Shown in pieces: positions 40,936 to 50,587 of a stretch of DNA of 64,000 bases. Below the pieces are notes generated by a model. It did no database searches. It saw nothing but the letters and a program-made list of their open reading frames with translations, and was not told the origin of the DNA. Location of the stretch: assembly GCA_000002435.2 (NCBI GenBank), contig CM018793.1. One strand, 5' to 3'. The DNA is from Giardia intestinalis (Eukaryota). The position numbers were made by a program, and so were the translations under genes. Each line of letters opens with the position of its first letter. Position 1 is the stretch's first letter.

Positions 40936-42240
40936 ATGATCAAGGCGGTCATTCTTTTGGATGATGTAGGTGAGCTTATCTTGCAGCGCGTTTTTATGGG
41001 TTCGTTCGACAAGACAGCCCTGGACCTTCTTCGTACCCACGTCTTAGGAGGGTCAATTTCACAGCCTATCCTTAGAATTCCGCCCCACATATACGCATAC
41101 AAGAGGTGCGATGCACTCCACTTTTTCTGCACAATATCTGCCAAAACAGACACTATGTCCGCCATTACTTTCCTCGACCGTTTTTATAAGGCAATGGGGG
41201 CTTTCCTCAAGGAAAAGGAGCTGGCCGGAAATCTGAGGAAGTTTATTCCCCTTATCCATGAGCTTCTCGACGAAATGATCGACAATGGCGATGTGCAGAC
41301 GACCGATCCTGAGGTTCTCAAGCTCTTCATCCAGACCAGACAGAAAATCAATAAAGCGGAGGAGAGCAATCAGCAGATCACTGTCCAGGCAACCGGTGCT
41401 CTCTCCCACCGCCGCCAGGGAATTATTTACAAGCGCAACGAGATCTTCATCGACGTCGTTGAGTCTGTCAATGCCATGTTTAACAATGTTGGTCAGTCCC
41501 TCCATGCGGACGTCTCTGGAAAAATCATCATCAAGAACAGCCTCACAGGAATGCCGGACTGCTCTTTTGGGTTCAACGATCGTGTTGTCGGTGCTGGCGC
41601 TAACGGGCCGCGAACAGAGGTTGCACAGCAGGTCGCGGGTGTTAGCCAGGCGGGGGTCGTGATGGATGATCTATCCTTCCACCACTGTGTCCGCCTTGGG
41701 AACTTTGCTGTTGACAGGTCGATAGCCTTCGTTCCACCCGATGGTGAGTTCCAGCTTATGGCATTCCGCGTCACCGAAGAGGTCAAGGAGCCATTTTCAA
41801 TCAAGCCTATCGTCACCGTCCACGGGAGAAATCGCATGGAGATAGTCCTCAACTTGAGGTGTGGCATACCATCAAACAATGTCGCGGAGCACGTTATCGT
41901 CAGCGTGCCTATGCCCTCGAACGTCTCAGACGTCACCGCCATCGAATCACTCGGGAAGTGCAGGCTGCGAAAGGATGGCCAGGCAGCCGAGTGGCGTATC
42001 AAGTCGATCACAGGAGGCACCACTGCTACCCTTTCGATGGAGGTCCAGTGCGTAAGCTCCTCGTCCATAGACCTTCGTGAGTGGAGGAGACCTCCTCTTG
42101 CTATGAACTTTGATATTCCCATGTATACGGCATCTGGCATAGAGGTGCGCTACATAAGGATTATAGCCCAGGAAGGGTATGAGACTGAGAAGTGGCTGAC
42201 TTACAAGACAAGCGCGGGGACTTATCAGATTAGGTGGTAA
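40936..42240 (+). CDS. Clathrin adaptor complex medium (mu) subunit
   Basis: The N-terminal longin-like start is MIKAVILLDDVGELILQRVF. The mu-homology domain is closely similar to AP-1/AP-2 mu: IYKRNEIFIDVVESVN, FHHCVRLGNFAVDRSIAFVPPDGEFQLMAFRV, SGIEVRYIRII and YQIRW. ATG start. Confidence 0.8.
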   Translation: MIKAVILLDDVGELILQRVFMGSFDKTALDLLRTHVLGGSISQPILRIPPHIYAYKRCDALHFFCTISAKTDTMSAITFLDRFYKAMGAFLKEKELAGNLRKFIPLIHELLDEMIDNGDVQTTDPEVLKLFIQTRQKINKAEESNQQITVQATGALSHRRQGIIYKRNEIFIDVVESVNAMFNNVGQSLHADVSGKIIIKNSLTGMPDCSFGFNDRVVGAGANGPRTEVAQQVAGVSQAGVVMDDLSFHHCVRLGNFAVDRSIAFVPPDGEFQLMAFRVTEEVKEPFSIKPIVTVHGRNRMEIVLNLRCGIPSNNVAEHVIVSVPMPSNVSDVTAIESLGKCRLRKDGQAAEWRIKSITGGTTATLSMEVQCVSSSSIDLREWRRPPLAMNFDIPMYTASGIEVRYIRIIAQEGYETEKWLTYKTSAGTYQIRW

Positions 42241-42373
42241 CTGCACGAAGTTCTTTGCGCGGCCTGTAAACCCAATCTTTAATCCACTGCTACAGTGCAC
42301 ATTTTCTCTCTTTTGCGCCCATTTTTCTAAAAATGTGGTTCAAAAGTTTTGCCAAGAAATTAATTGCGCAGAT

Positions 42374-45300
42374 ATGAGCATTAGGACCCTGGAGGACTGG
42401 TTTGGGGCTATCGAACGCGGAGATCTGCGTCGTGTCCAGGACCACCTGGACGTCTTCGGTGATAGTGTCGATAGGGACGGAGAAACAGGCCTTATGAAGG
42501 CCGTGAGAAGCAACAACGTGGACATCGCTAGACTCCTTATTTCAAAATGCGCTGGCCAGACGAATGAGAATGGACTGACCGCGCTGATGATAGCGGCCCT
42601 GGAGAATAAGGGCGAGATGTGCAGCCGTCTCGTTATGGACGAGAACGACATCACCACAAAGGAGCAGCAGACGGCGCTTATGCTCGCTGCTGGAGCCGGT
42701 GCCACAGATGCCGTTCAGGCTCTTTTGCCCTACCAGAAGGGTAGGCGCGACGCTCGAGGCAGGACCGCCTTGATGTATGCTGCAGAGGCGGGGCATCTGG
42801 TGATCGCAGAAGCTCTTCTGCCCCGGGAGAAAGCCATGATCTCGCACGATGAGAAGACAGCGCTTATTCTTGCTGCAGAGAATTGCCACACTGAGGTGGT
42901 TGGGCTGCTCACCCAGCACGAGTCGTCGCTGCTTCCTGACGCCACTAGACAGGTTTTCCTCAATTATTCCGAATCTGAGCACGTCAATCTCGATGTCAAT
43001 ATGCAGCTCATAGACGTCATGCGTAGCTCATCTAACTCTTTAGTCCCTCCAAAGACTGCCCTTGAGACAGAGCTGGAGGCTAGAATTAGGCAGCTCGAGA
43101 TGCGCCTTGTGACGCTCCATGATCAGTCTTCTGTGGTGCTTGGTGAGAATCTGGGGCTGCACAAGACCATCGGCTCTTTACAAGAGAACATAACCACATT
43201 TAAGCTACAGATTGACGGTTTACTTGCCGAAACGGCCGATAAGAGTGCTATCATACAGAACTTGGAGCGTCGATTGCAGGAGATACGCAACTCTCCCAAC
43301 GGACCTGCTGCAGCTGCAGCGATGTTGGATGCTGCTTCTAGCCTGTCTAACCTTCGGTCTGGTAAAGATGACGCAGAGAGGTACGATCGGATTCTCGCGG
43401 ACAAGGATGCCGAGATTTCTCGCCTTCAAGATCTTCTGAATGAGGCTGCTCGTGCGCTTCCGCCGCTGAGTCCTTATGTTGACAACGGGCTTAATGCGGA
43501 CCTTGAGCAACTCCGGGCCCAGTTATCGGACTATATAGCAGATAACGCACAGAAAGACAAAACAATCCAGCAGCTTCGCAGGGAGCTCCAGGAAGCACAA
43601 CAGAACGCGCAGGTTGTTAACTTGGATGACGCGAAAGGTGACGTGGCTAGGCTCCTTGCTGAACGCAGTGCACTGAAGAAGCGCATCGAAGATTTAGAGG
43701 GGATTAACTCGTCACTTCAGCGCCAGTTGGACTTCAACACTGAAAAGCTCCACGAGAAGGATGCTGAGATCAATGAGCTTGATACGCGCTGCCGTGAATA
43801 CGCCGGAGAAATCCAGTCTCTTTCCAAGCAGCTTGTAGACGCCGAAGAGCGTGCAGCCGAGGAGATTGCTGCTCTGCATGATAAGCTCATTAGCAAGGAT
43901 GCCGAAATATCGAACCTCTCTGATGAACTTCAGGCTGCGCGAGCCATTGCTGAGGCCAAGCTTGCTGCCGCGGAGGGCATGGTGGAGCAGCTTCAGAAGA
44001 GAGTGCATGATCTTGAGAATGATCTCATAGCTCTTCAGGTGGGAGGAAGCAACACTAGGGCAAGCCCAGAACAGGATGAAGATGCAAAGCGCAAACTCCA
44101 AGCCGAGATCGACAGACTCAAAGAGTTGGCTGATCTCCGCGAAGAAGAGGCTGCTGGACTTCGTAAGGAGGTGGGTGATCTTACGGATGAGTGCGAGAAG
44201 CTGCGCAATGCGTTTCTCAATGCCCCCACAACGCGCACCGTTATCGATGAAGCATCGAGCACTGATGCCAAGGTAGCCCACTTGCTTGAGCAGCTTGATG
44301 ATGCTAGTGCGCGCATCAGGGACCTTGAGAACGCGCATGCCGGAAAGGATGAGGTTATCAAGACTCTGCGTAAGCAACTGGTTGGAAAGGCTACTGACCC
44401 AGAGATGGCTAACCAGCTCCTTAGGAAGGAAGAAGAGCTAGGAGACTTCAAGGCAAGACTTGCTGATGCAATAAGGGAAATCTCAGACCTGCGCAGCAGC
44501 GCTCGTGACGCTGAGGATCTTCAGCAGGCGCTCGACAAAGCAACAACTGATTACGCAAAACTTATGGAGGACTTCGATGAACGCGAGCAAGAGATCAAGC
44601 GTCTCCGTGACGAATTGCGTGATGCAGAAGATGCAGACGAACTTAAGAACCAGATCCTTTGTCGGGACGCCGAGATCACAGACCTCAAGAATGACCTTGC
44701 TGAGAAGGAGGACACCATCACAAGCCTTCAGAACCAGCTCAGCGTACAGCCCACCACGAGCACCATCGTTGAGGAGGGTGGAAGCGATATGGAAGATGCG
44801 GCAACAATCAAGGAGCTTCAGAGCGAGAACCAGTTCCTTCGCGAGGCTCTAGAGTCAGAAAGGCAGACGAATTCTGAAAAAGATAAAGAAATCCAAGGAA
44901 TGGACACAGAGCTCGCCAGGCTCAGGCTCCGCCTCGATGAGAGCCTCCCCGCTCTCGACACCTTGCGCAGTGAGGTGGAGCTTCTCAAGTCCACCATGGA
45001 GGACAAGGACAGGGAAATTGTCGATCTCAAGAATACCCTCGATGAGCGCGCGACAGATGTTCCAATCGAGACTGTTGATGCTCTCAACGCCATGCTGGAG
45101 GACATTAATCAAGAGCTTGCCGTCTCGAAGCAGGAAGTCGAGCGCCTCAAGGACCAGCTTGACGACAAAGAGAAGAACATGGCTGACATGCGTCTCAAGG
45201 AGCGTCAAAAGGAGGCCGAGCTGGACGAACTCTCGAACATGATTCAGGCCAGTATGGTTGGGCCGGACAAGGCTGCGGAAATGACTGCCTTGCAGGATGA

Positions 45301-45493
45301 AATCCGTAGCCTTCACAACAAGCTTGCAGCCAATGAGTCAGAGATAGAGCAGACAAAGGACGATTTACTAAAGAAGCAAGAGGAGATGGAAAGACAGGCA
45401 GCTGCCATATCGTACTACCAACAATTGGTGGAAGACCTACGTGCTGGAATAGCCACATTAGACGACAACCTAGCGTCTATTCAGCCACAATAA
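42374..45493 (+). CDS. Ankyrin-repeat plus long coiled-coil protein ('Protein 21.1'/axoneme-associated type)
   Basis: The N-terminus carries ankyrin units GETGLMKAVRSNN, GLTALMIAALENK, QQTALMLAAGAGA and GRTALMYAAEAGH. About 850 aa of E/K/L-rich heptad sequence follow, with the reiterated motif KDAEI(S/N/T)xL. The ORF-table start at 42335 is GTG, and the first ATG is at 42374. Confidence 0.75.
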   Translation: MSIRTLEDWFGAIERGDLRRVQDHLDVFGDSVDRDGETGLMKAVRSNNVDIARLLISKCAGQTNENGLTALMIAALENKGEMCSRLVMDENDITTKEQQTALMLAAGAGATDAVQALLPYQKGRRDARGRTALMYAAEAGHLVIAEALLPREKAMISHDEKTALILAAENCHTEVVGLLTQHESSLLPDATRQVFLNYSESEHVNLDVNMQLIDVMRSSSNSLVPPKTALETELEARIRQLEMRLVTLHDQSSVVLGENLGLHKTIGSLQENITTFKLQIDGLLAETADKSAIIQNLERRLQEIRNSPNGPAAAAAMLDAASSLSNLRSGKDDAERYDRILADKDAEISRLQDLLNEAARALPPLSPYVDNGLNADLEQLRAQLSDYIADNAQKDKTIQQLRRELQEAQQNAQVVNLDDAKGDVARLLAERSALKKRIEDLEGINSSLQRQLDFNTEKLHEKDAEINELDTRCREYAGEIQSLSKQLVDAEERAAEEIAALHDKLISKDAEISNLSDELQAARAIAEAKLAAAEGMVEQLQKRVHDLENDLIALQVGGSNTRASPEQDEDAKRKLQAEIDRLKELADLREEEAAGLRKEVGDLTDECEKLRNAFLNAPTTRTVIDEASSTDAKVAHLLEQLDDASARIRDLENAHAGKDEVIKTLRKQLVGKATDPEMANQLLRKEEELGDFKARLADAIREISDLRSSARDAEDLQQALDKATTDYAKLMEDFDEREQEIKRLRDELRDAEDADELKNQILCRDAEITDLKNDLAEKEDTITSLQNQLSVQPTTSTIVEEGGSDMEDAATIKELQSENQFLREALESERQTNSEKDKEIQGMDTELARLRLRLDESLPALDTLRSEVELLKSTMEDKDREIVDLKNTLDERATDVPIETVDALNAMLEDINQELAVSKQEVERLKDQLDDKEKNMADMRLKERQKEAELDELSNMIQASMVGPDKAAEMTALQDEIRSLHNKLAANESEIEQTKDDLLKKQEEMERQAAAISYYQQLVEDLRAGIATLDDNLASIQPQ

Positions 45494-45534
45494 ACAAGCA
45501 GGATTGCGGCTCGAATCCAGTAAATTTTCTTGCA

Positions 45535-46272
45535 TTATGCAACGTCAGAAATGTAGTCTGCGAAGATATCACTAGGCGGCTCCTCGGGTTTGGGGTTATC
45601 TGGTACCAGTGATGTCTGCAGAGACCGTGCGGCCTGCTGAGCTGGCTGGGGCTGCTGAGAAGGCTGTGCTTCCACCACAGCCTGGGGTAGCATGTGCAGC
45701 TTACAACAATGATTCTGCTGAGATGCTGGGGGAGGCTTGAAAGGAGGAGGCTGGATGGGCTGTATTCCTTCGTGCCGCTTCTCGTAATGTGAGACAAGAA
45801 AGTGATAATCTGCAAAGACCTTTCCACACACGTGGCAGCGGAAAAGCATATTGACCGTTTCCGGATTAACAGAAGCCAGCCGGAGCATCATCGCGTCTGT
45901 CTGCCGCTTGGCGCGCTCTATGCGCAATTGCTTCCGGAGAGCGTCCCGCTCCGCAAGTAGCGCCTGTATGTCTGGCGACGGGGGTGGATTAGCTCTAGCC
46001 AAATCTATTTCATGCATCAGGACATCCTGCATGTGGAGAAGATACTGGGCAAGATACTGTTGCACAGAAGCCAGTCTTACAACATCCTCAGGTACGCCTC
46101 CCTGGCGGAAAGGGGTCTCTATGTCGCCAAATGCTAGAGAACTCGCGACAGTTCCGAAAACTCTAAAGTCGTTTCTGGCAAGCGCATTTTCCAAATTTAA
46201 CCCGTACAGCTCCTTCCAGTCAAAGGGTACGTAAGGCTTGCTATACTGGAATGGTGGTTGATGCGGGTGCAT
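45535..46272 (-). CDS. DZIP1/Iguana-like basal-body protein with a single C2H2 zinc finger
   Basis: The N-terminal Dzip-like block is PFDWKELYGLNLENALARNDF...LASVQQYLAQYLLHMQDVL, which carries the conserved QYLL..Q motif. A coiled-coil follows, then the C2H2 finger FRCHVCGKVFADYHFLVSHYEKRH. ATG start. Confidence 0.5.
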   Translation of the reverse strand: MHPHQPPFQYSKPYVPFDWKELYGLNLENALARNDFRVFGTVASSLAFGDIETPFRQGGVPEDVVRLASVQQYLAQYLLHMQDVLMHEIDLARANPPPSPDIQALLAERDALRKQLRIERAKRQTDAMMLRLASVNPETVNMLFRCHVCGKVFADYHFLVSHYEKRHEGIQPIQPPPFKPPPASQQNHCCKLHMLPQAVVEAQPSQQPQPAQQAARSLQTSLVPDNPKPEEPPSDIFADYISDVA

Positions 46273-46281
46273 TTTTTAAGA

Positions 46282-48360
46282 TCAATTCATATAAAGTCTA
46301 CATCGCGTCGAGCCGCATTGGCAAAAAAGCTTGTTATCTGCAGACTCCTTGCTCAGATAGTAATTCTGGGTGACTTCTGCTCCTTCTCCAAGATTGGACA
46401 GCATAGAGATAGCAATCCCTTGTGATTGTGAAATCAGACTAACCGGCTCTAGGGCGTTGTTAGATGCGGAGAACCTTGCATGGACAGATTCCGCTGTGGG
46501 AGCGCAGCTATGGTTGAGAAATCTAGCAAAGTTTCCTTTGAGCGTGGCGTCAATGACATAGTTATTCTTGATGCTGAACATGTAAACGGACTTCAGACCT
46601 GACTCCGCATAGAGGCGCTCTCGAATATCCGCAACAAGGGAGCTAATAACGTCACCGCAATACTCCGTAATCAATTCTTTCCTCTGAGCCGGCTCAGCAA
46701 GAAACAGGCCAAATCCATGGATTGATGATCTATAATAAAATAGCTCTCTGGTCCTCTGAGGGTAGGGCCTAAACACGGAAGAGAGAACAGGATCTGTCTT
46801 GAGACACCGCATGTAACAGGGTGGGAGCCGGATATCAGAAATGTAGTGATACATTTGGTCATCCGATACACTTTGACGCCCCCTTAACCGGTGCATTCTA
46901 TGCTTCATTAACGCAGCCTTTGGGTTAGAGTTTTGTTTAGTGGAAGAAAGGGCGCGTTTATGAATCGCTTGGACAAGAGCATCTATATTTCTCTTCTTTA
47001 TAAGCTGTCTGTAGTGGGGGAAACCGGTCTGGAGTTGCTTTGTTGGTACGCAATGGTATGCCTTTTCTTTTTCTGGGGAAGCGTAAATCCTATGGATACG
47101 TGTCTGCATTATGTAAAAGTTTAAATAGCTCAGCTGCGTCAATCGATGTCTTTTTTGCTGTTGTGAAATCAGATTGGCATATCTCTCCTCCTTGAGTATA
47201 CAAGCATCTATTCCATCTTCTACTTTAAATGTTTGAAATAGGCTATCTAGTAGAGCACTTAGGCGACACGCCTCTGCAAGATGATTAAGTAGGTTCGGTG
47301 ACAAGAAAGACCCCGAAGTACCTCGATCGTTTATATTTACGTCGACGCTTCCCAGGGTATCTGCAGATTGATTTGACATAACCATATAGGTTGACGATTC
47401 GCTTGGTGGCACGGAATGGCTGGAATTAGGTGATGTATGGAGAGATACGGCCAGCTCAGAAACTATCCGCCTGCAGCACTCATAAAAGCTAGGGTCCTGC
47501 ATTTTATCTGCCCATGACGAGAGAGGATAGAACTGCAGGGAATCCATAATAAACAGGGTTGCCTTGATGAGTAGAAAGTGCGAAGATCTCTGACGGTATC
47601 CCTTCAATGTGTCTAGCTGGCCAATAAGCGACTGTAGGAATTTATCAGGTGGTGGGTCCTCGACAACCATGATGAGGACCTCGCGCAGAATAGTGTAGAG
47701 GCGAGGCACCGCCGGCATTCTAACATGCATCAATAGATGCTCTCCTTCGGGGAGAGAAATGGTGTATAGTAGCACTGCCTTTGCCGCTTCTTCATGCATG
47801 GAAAACGCTATGCTTCTCACTTTGTTGAAGACAACAACTCGCTCTTGCATGGCCTCCATTTTTGAAAGGTTAAACGAAGATCTGAATGAATGCATGGGAA
47901 GGGTACAGTTGGTTATAGTATCACCATCCCCCTGAGCCGCTTCCGAAAGGCCAATCTGGTCTGTTCCAGGAGCATATGGCTCATACTGAAGCCACCCAAG
48001 ATGAAGTTCCCGCCGAAGATGCTGACTAGACCGTGGATTTGCCGCTAGCTGCTCTCGCTCAGCGGTAGTTAACACTCTGTGGATGACTGGGAGCTCGCCC
48101 AGAAGCTTGCTTGGAGAATTGGAAATGCCCTCTTCGCGGCTCCAGGTGACCGTGGGAAGAGGCGGAAAGTTGAACACAGGCAGCAGACTGCACTCATCAA
48201 CGCTCTGTGCGGCTGGAAAGGACCCTGGAAGAGTGCTAAGATCCTTTCCCACGAGAGAAGACGGAAAGTCTCGTGACTGCTCATGAAGCATAGCGATCTT
48301 AGCTCGCTCCTCCCTCTGTAACCTTACTGGATTTGAGCGTAATCGGTAGTCAGCTGACAT
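46282..48360 (-). CDS. SET-domain histone-lysine N-methyltransferase with a post-SET Cys cluster
   Basis: The C-terminal SET domain reads GFGLFLAEPAQRKELITEYCGDVIS...ARFLNHSCAPTAESVHARF...GAEVTQNYY, followed by the post-SET CQCGSTRCR. ATG start. Confidence 0.8.
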   Translation of the reverse strand: MSADYRLRSNPVRLQREERAKIAMLHEQSRDFPSSLVGKDLSTLPGSFPAAQSVDECSLLPVFNFPPLPTVTWSREEGISNSPSKLLGELPVIHRVLTTAEREQLAANPRSSQHLRRELHLGWLQYEPYAPGTDQIGLSEAAQGDGDTITNCTLPMHSFRSSFNLSKMEAMQERVVVFNKVRSIAFSMHEEAAKAVLLYTISLPEGEHLLMHVRMPAVPRLYTILREVLIMVVEDPPPDKFLQSLIGQLDTLKGYRQRSSHFLLIKATLFIMDSLQFYPLSSWADKMQDPSFYECCRRIVSELAVSLHTSPNSSHSVPPSESSTYMVMSNQSADTLGSVDVNINDRGTSGSFLSPNLLNHLAEACRLSALLDSLFQTFKVEDGIDACILKEERYANLISQQQKRHRLTQLSYLNFYIMQTRIHRIYASPEKEKAYHCVPTKQLQTGFPHYRQLIKKRNIDALVQAIHKRALSSTKQNSNPKAALMKHRMHRLRGRQSVSDDQMYHYISDIRLPPCYMRCLKTDPVLSSVFRPYPQRTRELFYYRSSIHGFGLFLAEPAQRKELITEYCGDVISSLVADIRERLYAESGLKSVYMFSIKNNYVIDATLKGNFARFLNHSCAPTAESVHARFSASNNALEPVSLISQSQGIAISMLSNLGEGAEVTQNYYLSKESADNKLFCQCGSTRCRLYMN

Positions 48361-48387
48361 GGGTCCCTGAGTTGAAAGACTTTTTAG

Positions 48388-49452
48388 TTAAGGAGCGAAT
48401 GCCTTCTTATCAGAGCCAACCAATGCCGCCTCGCATGCATTCCGTAAGAGCGTGGAATTGTACCGAGTACTGTTGAGGCGATAAGACTTGTGAATGCTAA
48501 ACGTGGCAGTCGTGTTTTTCATCCGCTTATGGGACAACCGGGACTTTTCTAATTGAACGTTCGTTCTTGTTGCATCCACGATAACGCCTTTGCTTAGTAG
48601 AATCTCTAAAGTGGTCATGATGCTTGCCTCAGGAATGTCTATGTCAACTCCCATCGCTACTTTGTAGCCGCGCCGAATTTCTAACAGACTTATCGTGCCA
48701 TTAGATTCTCTGCAGTGATCTAGGATAACACTAAGAACCTTGGCCTCCATCTCAGAGAGTTCCAAGGCCATTCCATGGGACTTATATCGTTGTAAAGCCT
48801 GGTTGAGAGCTTCGTGCACATCCTTCAGCCCCACTTTGGTCGCTGTGCCAGCTAAAACACGCAGATTCTGAACTGTACGGACCAGTATGCGAATGTCCCC
48901 GTGTCTGTGCTTCACAATCTGAGATGCTAGAAATGTAAGTGTAGCCTTGTCTGCAACCAGCTCAGCATCAAGAAACAGTGCCTGAGAAATAGCAATAAGT
49001 TCATTGATAGATGGAGCAGGAAATGAGTGAATGTGTGGCTTGATGCTACTGCCGAAGAAAACAGATATACGAGATTGCAGCTCTACTGTAAAGTCATTTA
49101 TAAGCCCAAGGACCGGGTTCGATAGGGCTAGAACCTTCAAAGGCGAGAGGCTATCAACAGTACGCTGATCCGTAAACGCGAAAAGAGAGTCAAGCTCGTC
49201 AATAACGTAGACCGTTTGTGGTCGCGGCTGTAACGTGAGGACTTCAGTACGGGCTGCATAGCAATTTAAAAGGCAAAACTCTATGCCCTCCTGCTTCACT
49301 CGTGGCTGAAGGTAGGACCTGATAGAGTACGTTTTCCCTATTCCAGGAAGCCCTGAAAGGATGTGGATGGCGCCACCACCTGCCTTGGCTGTTTCTATTA
49401 AGCTTTTTGTCAGCAGAGACATGACAGCGCATCTTTCTGCGTCTAACTGCAT
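48388..49452 (-). CDS. Orc1/Cdc6-family AAA+ ATPase, possibly an ORC subunit such as Orc4
   Basis: Walker A is GLPGIGKT, Walker B is VYVIDELDSL, and the sensor-2 is HGDIRILVRTVQNL (GDxR, Orc/Cdc6 clade). A winged-helix-like C-terminus follows. ATG start. Confidence 0.55.
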   Translation of the reverse strand: MQLDAERCAVMSLLTKSLIETAKAGGGAIHILSGLPGIGKTYSIRSYLQPRVKQEGIEFCLLNCYAARTEVLTLQPRPQTVYVIDELDSLFAFTDQRTVDSLSPLKVLALSNPVLGLINDFTVELQSRISVFFGSSIKPHIHSFPAPSINELIAISQALFLDAELVADKATLTFLASQIVKHRHGDIRILVRTVQNLRVLAGTATKVGLKDVHEALNQALQRYKSHGMALELSEMEAKVLSVILDHCRESNGTISLLEIRRGYKVAMGVDIDIPEASIMTTLEILLSKGVIVDATRTNVQLEKSRLSHKRMKNTTATFSIHKSYRLNSTRYNSTLLRNACEAALVGSDKKAFAP

Positions 49453-50587
49453 TTCTACAGAGTGTTAAAACTATAGTTACGAACTCAGATAGAAATTCTG
49501 AATTTATTAGAGAGATGTGATTTATTTCTCCTCTGACTCCCGCTATGCCTCACTTCTCTTTTAACTAGAACTATGGTAATCATTATACGTACGTCAGGAG
49601 AGTGTTTTGTCAGGTGGAGGTACTAAGCAGAGACCGGATCATCACTAGATTGTTCAGGTAAAACACCCGGCTGAGCCGTCCCCCAAGGTGGTCTCTCATT
49701 GGTTTCTGGTCCACCGCTAGGCTCTGGTAGAGAAGAGGACCTGGCGATTCCCTCTTTGGGTACCACCAGCTCACTGCCCATATTATAGAGATTAGCCCTA
49801 TCATTCACCAACGCCCCAGAGTCAGCAAGCAGCCACCAATAGAGCTTCTTGATGACGCGTTTACTATCTAAGCCACACCTTCATGTGACACACGGACCAC
49901 CAGCCGAGGACCCCGACAACGACGTCCTCCATTATCCCAGCATGCCTTGTGACCTGGCTTGTGTGACCTTCGGCTTGTCCCTGTCACTGAACGCACCCTT
50001 GGAGCCAGACGAGCGAGGACCAGTGGTCGACCGCAGCAGAGGATAAGGCCCAGTTCCTGTTAGAGTAGAGGTCATGGAGAGGTAGCTGAGGGCGCCTGTG
50101 GCTGGGATCAGATGGATTGGGCTTTCAGTGTAGACCAACACGCATCGTTGTTCCCTGAGGAAGACAGACATTATCCCTGAGCATAAGAAGAACTTTCAAG
50201 CAGACAGTGAAGCCTGACAATTCACAGAACTGGATCATCTACGTTCACTTTCAGATCAACTGTGCTCAGCCCCTTGTTGCTACACTTTGGCGTCTTTCGG
50301 GGAGGGATGATTATGCACTGAAGAGACAGTACTTTAGATAACGTTTCTTGTGAGTAAGCATGGGAGTAATTGTACGTAGCCTATGATGACTTTTAGCAAG
50401 AGTGTATCGCTACGGTGGAACCGTGCCAAGAGTTCCCTGAGCACACCTAAGTCATATGTCCAGTCGTATTGTGCTACGAATAAGTAGCTATAGCTAGGTA
50501 TCCAGCGGATAAGCTATCAGTAAACCCTGCCTCTCTGTGGAGAATAAGTGTTGCTTACTTTCTAAAAAAGGGTTTAAGCATTTTCTT

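Noticed and set aside
43712-44451. Antisense ORFs of 221 and 138 aa inside the coiled-coil gene, and the 189-aa plus-strand ORF 18968..19537 inside the hydin-like gene
   Set aside because: They are fully nested, opposite-strand to much longer, motif-bearing ORFs. Their low-complexity composition is typical of antisense to E/K/L-rich coding sequence.
49840-49995. Candidate box C/D snoRNA (TGATGA at ~49849, CTGA at ~49987) in the 1.1-kb gap
   Set aside because: The boxes are ~140 nt apart with no evident terminal stem or antisense guide. This is too weak to call, and it is kept only as a note in the finding on the gap.
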